Positions 11,169-25,040 of a stretch of DNA of 64,000 bases are shown here, piece by piece; within the stretch, counting starts at the first letter, position 1, and the number at the start of each line of letters is the position of its first letter. This DNA is from Vicugna vicugna (lineage: Eukaryota). A program made the position numbers and the translations under genes. Under the pieces are notes generated by a model that saw only the letters and a program-made list of their open reading frames with translations, was not told the origin of the DNA and did no database searches. Where the stretch lies: NCBI GenBank assembly GCA_013265495.1, contig MU058037.1, positions 1,489,498 to 1,553,497 on the forward strand, written 5' to 3'.

Positions 11169-14100
11169 AAACATTTAAATCAACTCTTAAAGCATTCTAT
11201 CCTAAATCATCCATATTTAAAAATATTTAAGAATATTTATATTCAAAACATTTAAACATGAAATATTTAATATGACATATTCATATTTAAATATGAAATA
11301 CATATATTTCATAGGTTATTTTGAGATAACTTTAAGCAATGTGGATAGATGGCAGCTTACTGGCAGAATGAGCTGCTGTTGCAACCTATTTTATGATTAA
11401 TAATTACTTATTTTAAAATAAACTCTTTAAAATTCTCATTTCCAAATTAAATAGCTACAGAGGCAACATAGCTGAAGTCTGAGACATGAACCCATTACAA
11501 GAAATAGACTTTTCTTTTTTACCCTTTAGTAATTTAGAGATGAACAATGCATATTTTTAACTTATGAGAATTTTCAACCTCTACCACCACCTTACATGGT
11601 TATATTAAAAGGATGCAATTAAATAGATTATATTCAGTCTAGACAATAATCAGTGTGAAGTAACTCAGTGATGAGAACTGCCAATGGGGCGAACAGGTAA
11701 AACCCATGTAACACAACACTTCATTTGTGACTACGTCTAGTCTGCCAAAATGAAAAGGTAAATTGGGACCAACTACATTTCAGTCATTTTCCTGCCTATT
11801 TCTTTCAATGGATTCTTCTTTGGTCCTTCCAACCCTACTAGGACATTCTCTTTCCTACCTGATAATCACTCTAAAAAGCAATTCCAATGTTATCTGAACC
11901 TTGAACCACTTACGCGACTAGGTAGATAAAAATACCTTCAGAACACTGATTATATACCTCTATGATCCAAACTATTTCATTTGCCTGTTGCACTTGACTT
12001 GAATTCCCCAAACTGGACATTCTTATGGACTAACAGGTAAGGGTATTTGTACCTGGGGAATTGGGAGTTGTAAAGATACATTTAGTATGTTGAGTCCATC
12101 AGAACCTGCTCAGAGTAAACAAAGGACTTTTGCTCTATGATGTCCTCCTCCAAGTTGCTGATCAGCAAACATGATCTATGATCTGTAAATTCTGATGCAA
12201 TGCAAACTGTGCTTTTACTGTCTAGCTTCCTTAATAAGTAGACAATCAATGGAAAAACTTTTAATTCTTGAAAATTTGATCTAAAATAAATACGTACATA
12301 TATTTTTCAAATTAACAATAATGTGAACTTTGTGAACTTTTGCTCTGTAGAGTTCTACTGTCTTCTTATTCTCATATTAAATTCATATATTATCCTCAAA
12401 GTACTGCCATCTTGATTTTGGTGAGGTTAGTTTTTAAAAAAAATATCATTCAGTGTCAGCTCCAGTATCATGATATCCCTCCAAACTAAATGAAGGGAAA
12501 AAAGAGGTATTGATCTGCAAAAGTGACTGAAATACTAAATTCTTTTCAACAAGAGTACAACAATGGATGTGTGCACACATGTGTATGGATTGGGAGTAGA
12601 ATAATAAAAGGAGTGATTCTTATGCTAAAAATTTAAAGACATTACTTCCTGTCACACTATAACACTGTTCATGATTGTAGAAGCTTGAAATGGACTTCTG
12701 CTTACTTTTTCTGGCTGAGCTTATAATACTACAAAAAATTACAATATTGATTTCCCCTCTTTATAACTTCTAAATGCTGATGCCTTATTACTAACCTTCT
12801 TGGCATACCAGCCTGACATTTGGGATCATTTGCTCATTAACAACTCTGGCAAAGAGCAGCTGTTTTGGCGGCATTGCCAGCTGAATTTCTCGGCAATAAA
12901 GACAATCAAAAATACCTTCCCCAGAAAAGCAAGTGCCAAGAAAGGTGCAAAGAAAATTCAAAAGATGTAATAACCTAAAATTTTATCTTAACAGTTACTT
13001 ATCAGAATTCATATTTTCTTTACCTCACATCTGTTATAAATCTAATCTCTCACCTTAATCAAGAACATTTTCATATTCTCTCTTTATTAATCTATAATTA
13101 TATCATAGACTATTCTCATAAATCCCCATCATTAGCCATCTACATATTATGATATTTAAATTATTACATTTTTAGGTATTTAAAATGTATTATGTACATG
13201 ATAAGAAGAAAAAATTACTTTGGTAAAAACCACTATAAAATCATGCTTATTAGAAATATAGCACAGATGTAAACAAATCAGCACAAACATCCATCTTAGC
13301 AAAAAGCTCAGATGTTAGAAGAATATTCATACCCAGTCTTGGTCTCAAAATCATTGGTTATTACATTTTGGACCAACAAACTCATTTTACATTTGGAATG
13401 GAAAACTATGGAATCTAAGACATACTTTTTTTTTTAAAAATAAAACATCCTATTATATATGAGTTTCACTTTTTCCCCTCCTGACAAAATTGTATAGCAC
13501 TGCCCTTTTAAAGAAAGTTTTACTAAAGAGTTAGAGATACGCTGACTCTCAGTGTTCTTAGGGAAAAATACAAATGACTTTATAGCGGTGGCAAAAGGTT
13601 TCCAGCTATATCTGTGTTTAACATGTAGCATCACATGTTGAATTTCACACTCACCAGTGTGATTACAGAAAACTAGAGTCATACAGGGACTTCATTAGGG
13701 TGAGAGCTTGTTCTGCAATTTCAACTGTTTGAAATGTCAGAAGGTTCTCCATATTGTACAACTTAATTTGTATTCAATATAGCAATGAATCGCTAACTTC
13801 CTGCTAGTGAACAAAACAAAAAATCCAATTATATTAACAAATTTGTTTTCTATTTATAATTTAATTAATTTTCAGCAGCTTTATGGTGCTAGCTTATTCA
13901 TAACATCTTTTAAAAATTAAGGACAATTCCATATTTCATCAAAGTAAGGCTTTTTTGGAAATCCTATTTAGTCTATTTATATTAAACAAGGACCATGCTG
14001 CCTTCTCTAGGGTGAAAAAATACAACAATCAAACTAGATATGTGAATTTGTAAGAATATGCAAATCAAGGGGTGAATCTGGGATTCTCAAGTTCCACCTA

Positions 14101-15091
14101 AGACTTCCTTACCATCTCTTGTGACTGGTGCCACGTGGGGAGGAGGGGAGGAAACAATGATAGTAGCTGTGGTGTAATTAGTATCTTCTTAATAAATGTG
14201 ATCATCAGACAACTGTGCAGAACTTTGGCCCTTTTTGTGATACTGGTTTATATATATAAAAGAATACATTACTACCATAATAAAATAAAAATGTTACAAA
14301 AGATAACACATTAGAATACAGTTGTACTGGTGTATATGATCTTTCATAGACAACTGATCTGCTCTACCTGGATGTACTACAACTGGATTTACAGTGATAA
14401 ATTACATCAATCCTTTCTTGTTAAATTCATGTATAGCTATGATCAGGGTTCCAGAGTAACTTTTCTCATACTGATTTTACGGTGAACAAGTACAGAACTA
14501 ATCTACAAGACACTAGCACTGGATATAGAAACAAAGTTAGACAATCCAAAACCAAAATTAAAATCAGCATTTTAAGACCACCATGAAGTGTACATTAAAT
14601 GTGTTTACTACTATTTAGGAAAACTGTCACATAATTTGATAGGGAACATTACTCTATAGTAATTGACAATGCAGAGTATATACCATAAATACAAAACCAG
14701 AACCTGACCAAGGAAAACGTCATGATGACATTTTCTTTCTCCTTATTATAAATCTTCAGCACAGCACTAGAAAGCCTGCTTTCTCTTTGTGGAAAATCAA
14801 TAAATACTTCAAAAGCAGAAGCAGGAACTCTTCTTTAACAAAACAATACACTGTAATTATAGAAGGCCTTGGTTCCCAAGGCCTTAGTTTTAGCCATACT
14901 AGGAATGGTTTCAGATCTTAGTTGTGTGGGCAGATCTGGCCTCCATGGTGATGAAAAAGTCAGCCTGGGAAGTGGAAAGAATTGTGGTACACTGCTCCCC
15001 ATAGAAACAGACAAGCTGAAATCAAATGCAGCTTCTGTATTTAGCATCGACAAACCCTGAAGCTCCAGTGAACTGGTACTTTACCTCAGGA

Positions 15092-15105
15092 GTTGCCATG
15101 GCAAT
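15092..15105. promoter_or_regulatory. RFX X-box-like palindrome GTTGCCATGGCAAT
   Basis: 13/14 match to GTTGCCATGGCAAC; motif match only. Confidence 0.4.
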
Positions 15106-16321
15106 TTGCTAAGAAAGGTGGGTTACAGATACCTACATCAATTACTACTAAAACATCAAATTAAGAGCCAGAATATATGTATTAAAAGCAATAATTTATT
15201 CACTAGTTCTGAATTTGGCTCTGTTAAATAGGATCTAGGGGTTTAATAGTGGCATTATTGTTTTTGCAAAATTCATATAATCTAATTAGTATTTTTAAGA
15301 AATTCTAAGAAATAGCCTTGAACAACTTTTACTCTTCTTCAATTTAGTGTAAACATTCTGAAAACAAATCAATTATGATACTAACATTTGTATTTTTCTT
15401 TCCACCTTATAAAGTGCTTTTTTACATGCAACGTCTCGAAAGAAGATGTGGAAAATATTAGAATTTCACTAGATTTCACTTTGTGATGAGTTTTCATTTC
15501 ATACTACATATTGCATAGTGCAAGAGAAATTAGAAGTTGGAAGCAGATGAAAGAGTGAATGGTGTGTTCTTTAATAGTTCCTTTCAGGGCACATGAATTA
15601 AATTTCAGATTTGTAACAGGTGACAGAAAGTAATGTTTCATCATGAGAGAAAACATGGTAATCCACAATACATCAATTTGGTACCTGTGAGTAGGAACTG
15701 GAAAGATCAGTGACACCTTCAAAGTTTACTTTTAAATCTGTTGCTTCTCTACCCTCTACCTTCATCAAAAGATTAAAAAAAATGTAAATAAAAAGATCCT
15801 TTAGTTGATATAAAAAAAAAAAGGCAGAAGGATTCAGATTTTTCCAAAGATGGATAAACTGGAACTTGGAAGGAAAAACTGAAGTTAACTTTGGCCACCA
15901 TGTGAAATAACTTTTCAAATTGGTCTCAAGACTTAATTCTTCAGAAGCAGTTCTTTTTTAAACATCTCAGTATTAACCTGACACAAATTAGCTACAAAAA
16001 GAATCATGTCAAAGTTTAAAATACCAAGATAGAGTTTTGACTCAAGTGGTGGAATTGTTTCACTGCTTATACATATTGAGGTACATGATTTTGGACACTG
16101 ATTAGTTAAAATTGTAAAGTACACTAATTACAATTTTTTGTAATAAAAGGTAAAGTGGTGTGTGGGGTTTTGCTTTACTTGATGGAGCATGTTATTGGTG
16201 ATTTTGACTTACTGTAATAAAACCTAAGCATTTTAGTTTCTTTCACATAGATGTGATATATGTATACACAGAAAAAGGAAACATTTTGCTAAATTTTAAT
16301 CTAAATTAAAATGATAGATAT

Positions 16322-16572
16322 GAGGGGCAATATGTGTTTGAGAGCATTCACTCTCTTTTCAGGATGTCTTAGTCTGAATCTCAGATCTGCCATTGACTAG
16401 CTGGGAGTCCTGGATCATGTTATTTAAACCCAGTTTCCTCATCTAGAAGGTAAGGGTAATACAAGTATTTACTTCTTAGATGTTGTGAAGATTAAGTGGG
16501 TTATATTATGCAAGGACACTAGAATAGTGCCTTAGAATAGCTAGCACTCATTAAAAAATGTTAGCTATTATT
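16322..16572 (+). mobile_element. MIR SINE
   Basis: Core cagtttcctcatct...gttgtgaagattaa...gcactcatt...tgttagctatta. Confidence 0.8.
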
Positions 16573-17339
16573 TGTGATAGATTAATGTGTTCAATAAACC
16601 TATAAAATTTTTTAGAAAATGTACCATATTATAGATGTGTTGGCTTTACCTTAGGGAGGCAACTCTATTTTAGTATTTTTTCCATGAGGAAAAATACCTT
16701 TTCTCTATACATTAGAAAAGAACGAAAGATTCAGATTTATGGGCATGCCTGGCTTTGCAGATTGCATTTCAAGGCCAGACTATGTAGCATACCTTTATAG
16801 AAAAGATAAATCACTAAAATGTCTTTCATTCAACAGACAGGTATAGTCCATAGGAAAGATGAAAAGAGTTTTCCTGAGATAACAGTGAAAGTAAAAGGAC
16901 AAATGCATGTAGTTCAGTCATTCCATTCAGAATGTTCCTGATATCATACTCACAATTTTGTTCAAAGACTGACCAGTTAATGATGTTGTAAACCTGACTG
17001 AAATGAGTTGAGATTTATTTAGAAGGGATGTAAGCAAGTTAAAACATCTTCAATTTTCACTTCCTTATAATTCAAGTTATGTTCATTGAATATATTTCAC
17101 TAAACAAATGAAATATGTAATAATAATGTTAATATAAATGGTATTTATTTCCCATATCAAAGAGTGTTTCCCTTTTGCCATCAGACAGCTTACTTTATAC
17201 ACTAATGTGGCAAAGTGTTCCAAAATTTTTTTTTCTTCAAGGTTTAAACAAAAGAGGGATATTAAAGAATTATTTTGAAATAAGTGCCCTCTGTGTTGGA
17301 TTCTTGCTGTCAAACCAAAAAACACCACATATTTTAGCT

Positions 17340-18360
17340 TGTCATCATGGTGAACTATGTCACTTCTGACATATTACAGCTCTTCCTGATAACAGCTTGC
17401 TCTCCTGTCTCTCCCACTAATCTAATCTTTGATCTAATTAAGAACACAGCTCCTCCTGAATTCACTTCCTTATCCAACCTGGACTGTCCTTACCAGACCC
17501 CTCAATTCCCACACCCTCTTGGACATGTACTACTCATAAACTTTCCAATATTCTACTCCTGCTTGCCTGCTTTCCTACCTGGCCACTGAGCATTGCTAGA
17601 GAAAATTGTATATCCATGCTGACTGGCACCATTCTAAATGTGTTTTCTGCCTTTTAGTAATTCAGGACTACTTGGCAGATCTCTTAATAGTGCTTACTTA
17701 GATCTATTTACAATTCCCAACTGGGGAATGTTCAAGTGTTCCAAGCTTCCATTCCATTAGATTCTTCAAACCTATTCTCTACCTGTGGATCTTCCTCTGA
17801 GCAGAAAACTATTTGCCTCCACACTTGTAGAGGGATATAATAGCTCTCATCTGGACTCTTGAAGTAGTTTTTCTACCTGGTCTCCCTATCACGTGCATTC
17901 TCTTACACCAGTACATCTTCTATACTGCTATGAGAGTGACCTTTCTGAAACTTATATTTGATTACATCACCTTCCTACGGAGATCTCCAAAGACTCTCCA
18001 CCATGCCTTTTGGGATACAATCCAAATTTCTGGGCATGGAATACCAGGACCGTTATAATTTAGTTCTTGCATAATTTTTGTCTCATCTCTACTCATCTAT
18101 ACTATATGCCATATTTCTCTAAATCATTCTTTGTTTTTCTTCATTTCTGTCTTTGCTGATGCTATCAAGACATCGTAAGTGCTGCTGTGGAAGTTAACAT
18201 GTGCCATCTTTTAAAAAGTTCAATATACTGTATTGTTACATGTGGATGTCCTTCTCTCCTATTAGATGGCAAACTTACTAATTCTTTGATTTAAAATTTT
18301 TTTCTCTTGCACTTAGCAGAGTAGGTACTCAGGAAATTGTGGTTGTTTCATAAATATTCT
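17340..18360 (+). mobile_element. Degraded L2 LINE fragments
   Basis: Pyrimidine-rich; L2 motifs ctctcatctggact, acctggtctccct, gagtgacctttctgaaa, aatccaaatt and agtaggtactca. Confidence 0.6.
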
Positions 18361-21300
18361 TACATTGAATTAAATCACTAAAATAATTTTAATTTAATGT
18401 ATAAGTATATGACATGCAAGCTGAATATTGAATAAAGTGTTCTATTAAACAACCAGGTAAAATGATTTAGCTCACTAGAGCTTCCATTTTTGTAAGATCT
18501 ATCTCAAGCCTTTGATGTGAACTATGTGGAAGAGGGGGAAACCTTAGGAAAATAGGCCACTGAGGACAAAGAATGCTATTTATGGCATTGCTATGTCAGA
18601 GAAGAATGATCTAGACCTTATATGAAGTGATAGCCTAACCACTGCTAAAGGGTGTTTTCTTTGAATGACCTAGATTGTCAAGTTATTCACATGTCATTCA
18701 TATTCAGAGTAGATGAGGTGAGTTAAAATCTTACTAAGACTTAGGATGAGCTTTCAATTATAAATATAGCTTATAATTACATTCTCAAAAGGTCCTCTGT
18801 TGATAGAGGCTGATTAGTAGGAACTACTGCATAAAAATCTCATCACCTTGCTACCTTCAAGAGATGTTGGAAGGGGCTGCAACCAAATTATCAAAATATC
18901 AATTTACTGCTTTGTTCAAAACTTAGTCCTTTAAGAAGATTTTGTATCGCTAGGTTTCAATACCACATGGATCAGGCAAAATAGATGCCATTATAACATA
19001 ACTACTCATTACTATTTTAACACTTAAAAATGCCATGCTATCTATTCATCTCTATATTTCTGGTGAAACATTGAAAAATAAACAGATAAATAGCCAAAAT
19101 TTACCCAAATATTTCAGTGACTCACTCATTTGTTCATTTTTTTTAACTTTTAGAATATATCATGCTTTTATTTTAATAATCTTTTTAGAAAACCTAGTTG
19201 AGATTGTTTAAATTCATTTAGAATTAAGTGAATTCTAAATGAATAAAAAGCATTCTCCAACCCTTAAAAAGATCTGATTTCTTATAGTATCACTGGATCA
19301 ATTAAATGGCTTTTCTAAAGATTCAGTCATCTCATTAGAAACAATGATAACATAGGAATCAGTATTCTACCTTTCTCAAATCTAATGGCTTATATCACTC
19401 ATATTTTCATTTTATTGGGCAATAACCACTTCAGTTATGATCTATTGGAGGTAATATACAAGCATGTCAGATATCTGAAATCTAAGACAAGTTCTGGTTT
19501 TAGTAATTGATCAATGAATAGAATAAAAGTTTGGTTGGGGAGATAAATTAATACATCATAATTCTACTTAACTTGGAAATGAATGGAATAAGCCATGATG
19601 GAAAACTTAAGGGCAGTCTATTCCTTTTCACATCAGAAAAGGATTCTAGATTGCTCCTATTCTTTAACCATAAGAATTATAACTTCATAGGCACAATTCT
19701 CATCACTTTAATGCCACTAAACTCAAATTCAAATACAATAAAATGTTCTTGAGTGTTTAGTCATTAGTCAGATATATGACCTGTTAAAAACACCCAGTTT
19801 ATGACTGCTTTTATAATTCACCTTTGGGATGATAACCAAGCTCTGCTTAGCAGGCTTTTGATTGTCAAGTAAAACAACTGCATTATGTCTTTTCCCCTTC
19901 TTTTTCTTTTTTTAAAAACTTAAGACACAGTGTGAAACAGAATAGCTCTGCATTCTGTAAAAATAGTTTAACTGGCTTAAAGCCCCTCGTTTGATGTCAA
20001 TCATCTATCTCAATATACTAAAAAGATAGTTCTGAATATCAGTAATGCATAGGACTTCCTTATATATTTCAGAAACTGAAGACTGATTTGAAGTTGCCAG
20101 CAGAAATATTACTGATGCTTGAACAGTGAGTCACTCATTAATTTGACTGTCTCATTATAGTTGTTGGGTATACATATTAAACTCTAAAAGCCCAAAAGTC
20201 ATTTATCAACTCACTGCTCAAAGTAATACATGGAATTGCTAAATTTTAGCTGTAATTATAGAATAATTATTCCACTCTCTTTTTTATTCTCCATATTGTA
20301 ATCGACCAGAAACCAATTTTTGGACACCTGTGTCCTTCTTCTTCCAACAGTATACAGTATTTTGCAAGCTATAAATCCCCCAAATAGTTTCATTTAGCAT
20401 CTATTTAATCTTGGCTCCATGACAATGAAGTATATACTATAAACCTTGTTTAATACACATGTGCTTAGTAATTACTTAGCAAAGTAATTTTCAAAGGGCT
20501 AAATCTGGTTCGTTTGTTTTTTAATTTTTACCATCAGCTATGTTAATTATTCAGATGAGAGAGGTATATCACTGGCTACGTGTGACAAATCTCAAGGAAC
20601 ATGGACAAGGTAGCTCAATACCATTTTTCATTAAACCACATATTATGAAATCTTACCATGTATTCTCTAAAAATCATAATAAAAGAGATCACCTTCAAGA
20701 AATATCTTTGTCTGTTATACATATGCAGCACATGTCTAGCCCTGGATACGTTATAACAACATAATTTAATAAAAGAAGAACGAAAAGGTCACCCCATAAA
20801 TTGTTTAGAGTAGAAACTGGTAGTACAGTTTTTTAACTACCAAGACATTACTATTTTATATAAATAGGCTTAACATGAAGCGGTCTTAATGCAACTTGTT
20901 TCTATAATTTGAAGCTACAATTGATAGGGGATGTGAGCTGAGTTACAGTATAGAAATACTAGTTCTTAGGAACCACTGAATGCAACTGACCAAGGAATGT
21001 GGCTGATCAGGTATAGGACTCCAGTCCAAAAAAAGAAGTTATTAGAAATCTTTGGTATTCTTATTTCCTTACTCTTACTAGATTCTACAAGCAGCCAATG
21101 TCTGTATGGTTTTAATACTCTATCCTGGCACATTCTGGTATTGACTGAGAGATACAAGAACAAAGGGTTAAAAATCTTGCAAACTGTCCTAATGAAGTAA
21201 CCTAATTTTTATAGCTCCAGTTTTCCAATTATTTCAAGAATTAAAAAAAAAAACCTGATGGATCAGTTTCTATGAAATCTTCTGAAAATAAAAAAATATA

Positions 21301-23129
21301 AAACCATATAACCTGAGCTCCAATATTTTTTGCTTGTCACCAATATACTAACTATAGGATTTAACTCATTAAAAATGAGATTAATACTTGTAAGTAATCG
21401 TTGAGTACATTAAAAACCTGATAATTCCATGTCTCAAAAATATAAAGAAATGAGTAAAATCTATTTGGACTCTTAACACTGAACAACAGGGAAGTGGCAT
21501 CTAGACCTGAAGGGGACTAGAAGAAGTTTTTGTTTTTGTTTTTTTCTAGTGGTGAGGAGAGAAAACAGACAGTTGGATATGGTCCTTACATGGTAAGAAA
21601 TATGGTTTTGAAACTTTAGACAGACAAATATAAATTTGGACTCATCAGTAGTTTTAGAAAATGAAATTCTAGTCATACAAACACAAACTATTCCAATGAA
21701 AGAGGGTAAGGAAATGCAGCTGAAGTGAAGATAGTTACAGGGAGATTCCTTAGAAAAAGCTTTAGTTTAAGGAGGATTTCTATGAAAGATGGAAGAAGAG
21801 GCTACTAGAAATGAACAAGTGGAAAATAGTATCAATTGCTTGTAAGAAGAGTGCCAGGAAACCAAGTGTTAAGCTGAGGCTTGTAAAAATGCTGAAGAAA
21901 GAGCTTTAAAAATTTTTTTTAAAGGAAAAATAATGACAAAAGGTAGAAGCATATGGCTTCAATGATATTTCTCCTGCAAGAAGTCTTCACACTAGGAAAT
22001 TAAAAGACATGCTTCTTGAGATAAGGGACTAATAAGATCTACTTTGTGGTCTCTTTGAACTAGCAGAATAATTTTAGGACTGAATGAACTTTTTGGAAAT
22101 TATCTTAGGGCCACTATCAGAATGCCCTGAGACTTCCGTTTAAGGAGAGAGTTCTCTTATCCAAACAAAAGCCAGCATGGGTTCTACGGAGAACACAATG
22201 ATAAATCTGATATAGATACACAGTAAAGTGTTAGAACAGACTGTTATTGGGAGGAGTTTCATTTTTTAATTTTAATCAAAGGACCAATATGTATTCAATA
22301 AAAATGAAGCATTTTAAACTGTTTTTTCCCCCCATGGACAGTATCTCTAGGTTGGGAGACAAGAGGAAAGCCAAGGGCACTGTGCCATACATATGATGAA
22401 ATTGTGCATGCTGTCCTTATGAATAAAATGCTATAATATGGACTGCATAAAGATTATGAATGACTGAATGAGTTTAATGTATGAAATTTCAGATTAAATG
22501 CTTCGCAGCTCTGTCCCTGCTCCTTTCTTCTTTAAAATGTTTTCTTTAAAAATGTCTTCAATGAAGCAGTTAAAAACATAGAAAGCATGCTTAGAACCTT
22601 GGTGAGTTATTCAACAATAGGAGGGAATATTAATATCACAGATTCACAGAGGTGGCAGCTTCTGCTCTGAGTTCAAACTTTCTTAATAGGACTGAACACT
22701 GCTGGATAAAAAGCTGAGAACTTAAAACTTAAACAGAAATAAATATAAATAGTTGCACTTAGGTTAAGAAATAAATAAGTGCGAGATATTTGATAACATA
22801 AAAGCATCATATGAGTCAACAGTGAGTAGGTTAAAACTAATGTAATCATGTCCACAAAAATATGGTATCCAATCACTGTAACAGTTCCAGTTCACTTGGC
22901 ATGGGGACATGAAAAAGAAACAAAGCGTACAGATGTGGGTAACCAGGATAGTAAGTTGTCTGTTAGTCATGTCATAGGCTACAAAGTTAAGCTGATTATA
23001 TGCATTCAGCTCAGAGATGAGAACGTAAACTATGTTTGATAACACAATTCCACTGTATAGCTTTGAACGTGTACATTGTGCAGAGCACATAACAGAACAA
23101 AGGTGAGGCCCTTATGCTGAAGAGAAACA

Positions 23130-23600
23130 TAAAACCTTAGAGTGAGAAGAAGCCATCAGGTTCAACAGTCCTGCTAGCTCAGGGAGCCCTGTCTGGTAGC
23201 TGGTTTTCAGTTCCTTCTTAAACACTGAGTAATGGGAAGCCCTCTAAACTGACAAAGAACAGTTATTTCACTCACGGGTAAATGCAATCACTGGAATGCT
23301 TCCCCCGAATCAATCTAAAAATCAGCCTTCCTGTACCTATTATGTCCTCTGGAATTTCAACGACTATCTCATACCTCTTCTGCATGTCAGTCTCTCAAAT
23401 CTACTTGCTCTGTATTTTTCTAATTTGCAATGTCAAGATCCATAATGAGTAGGAAATTTATAAGAAATCAGCTTTTGTATCAATATAAGGAAGAACTTTT
23501 AAACTAGAGCTGTCCAACATGGAATGCCCTGTCTTTGGGGGCAGTAAGCTATAAGTTTCTAAAATATTCAAGCAGAGTCTCAACAAAAATTCTTCAAGTG
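23130..23600. mobile_element. Two CR1/L3 3' fragments in opposite orientation (~23130-23400 minus, ~23450-23600 plus)
   Basis: The plus copy aatataaggaagaactttt...agagctgtccaacatggaatg...tattcaagcagag is L3-like; the first segment resembles its decayed reverse complement. Confidence 0.5.
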
Positions 23601-24899
23601 AATAAAAGGACAAATACTTAAAACTCTTAAGTTCTGTGGTGAGATGGCTAATTATTATGCATATTTACATACAGCATGGCACATGTTATATTCCTCCTCC
23701 AATAAAAAACAATTTCTCTATTATTAAATGAATTCTTTACCTTAATGTATATCATTTAAAATGGGTTTTATAGTATTTACCAGAAAGATATCACTCAGTT
23801 ACACAAACAAAAAAAAAAGGTGTTATACATTTAAAGAAGATTTCAAAATTAAGTTCACTTAATTTTTCAGCAAAGATGTTCAACATTGGTACAGAATTAT
23901 TTTTGGAATGGTAAACATCTTTCTTACCTCCAGTGTTGAGGCACAATTCTTCTAATTAGGTTAATAAAAGATCATCATGAGCCTTAGAACCAGAAGGCTA
24001 AATCAAGAGATGGCTGCCCAGCAACTACATAGGGTATAAGAAGACAATAGAGTGCAAAGTGAGGGGCGGGGCTTGCTGCCAGGGTTGGCAGTGTGTGGTA
24101 TTGAAGCCCAGATTCCAAGTTGTCCTTCCTCCCTGTTCTTTTTAGAAAAAGCAAGAAAACCCCCGTGTGTTGGCATTGTTAAAGAACAAGGAGAAAACAG
24201 CAGAGATGCTAGGGGAAAAAAGGTAAAGTTTAAGTTCAGTGATATTGAAGTTATGGGCTATTTTTCTCTCACTAAGAATCCTAAAGTGAATGACTGCTTT
24301 AAAATATCTATTTCACAAGGTTACAGAATAGACTCTCAGTTAGGTCTACAACAATATTTAAGGAAAAAATTAAGCTAAAGGAACCAATAAAGTCATGGAT
24401 AAGAAAATTTCAAGGTCTTAAATGAATGGATCTTAAGTATTAAGTCAATAAATTCTATAGATGATTTACTGAGAGAAATAGCACAATAAATATATCAGAT
24501 TCACAATCATGGAAGATATGGTATTACACATGTGGAAGGAAGTAAAAAACTGTTTAAAATGTTAAAGTTCAAATTTCCCTGAAGTAGACATTAAAAACAG
24601 CATAATTTTCCATATTTGGTACTCTGCTAACATTAATAGTTTTTCTGACAATCAAATACTGTATTAGTTGTACTATAAAATTAGGAAGCATCTTCTCAGT
24701 CACCAAAGAAATATTTATTTGTGGTCAGCATAGTATTATTTCAGTGTGATACTATATGTCAGTATAATATTATGGCCTATATATTATATTGACCATAGAT
24801 TAATACTTCTTTGATGAATGAGAAAATACTTCCTAATTTCAGAGAAATCAATGGAGATTTTTATTTATTATTTATTTACTTACTTACTTATCTATTTAT

Positions 24900-25040
24900 T
24901 TTTACTTATTTTTCACTCACTAGATTACCAATTTATATAAAAAGATATTAAAGGATATGAACCAATTGCCAGATACATAGGGTGAGGTCCCAAACAAAGG
25001 AGGTTTTGTCCTCGTGGAGCTTAAAGCCCAGCAGAGTGGC
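24900..25040. mobile_element. LTR fragment, MER21-like
   Basis: actcactagattaccaatttata...aaggatatgaa...gccagatacatagggtgaggtcc resembles the recalled MER21-group consensus. Confidence 0.45.

Noticed and set aside
23928..23951. 24-nt segment with a strong donor (GAG|gtaaga) and upstream taattag
   Set aside because: The acceptor has a poor pyrimidine tract and no other support; such AG/GT pairs are common in a 28-kb intron.
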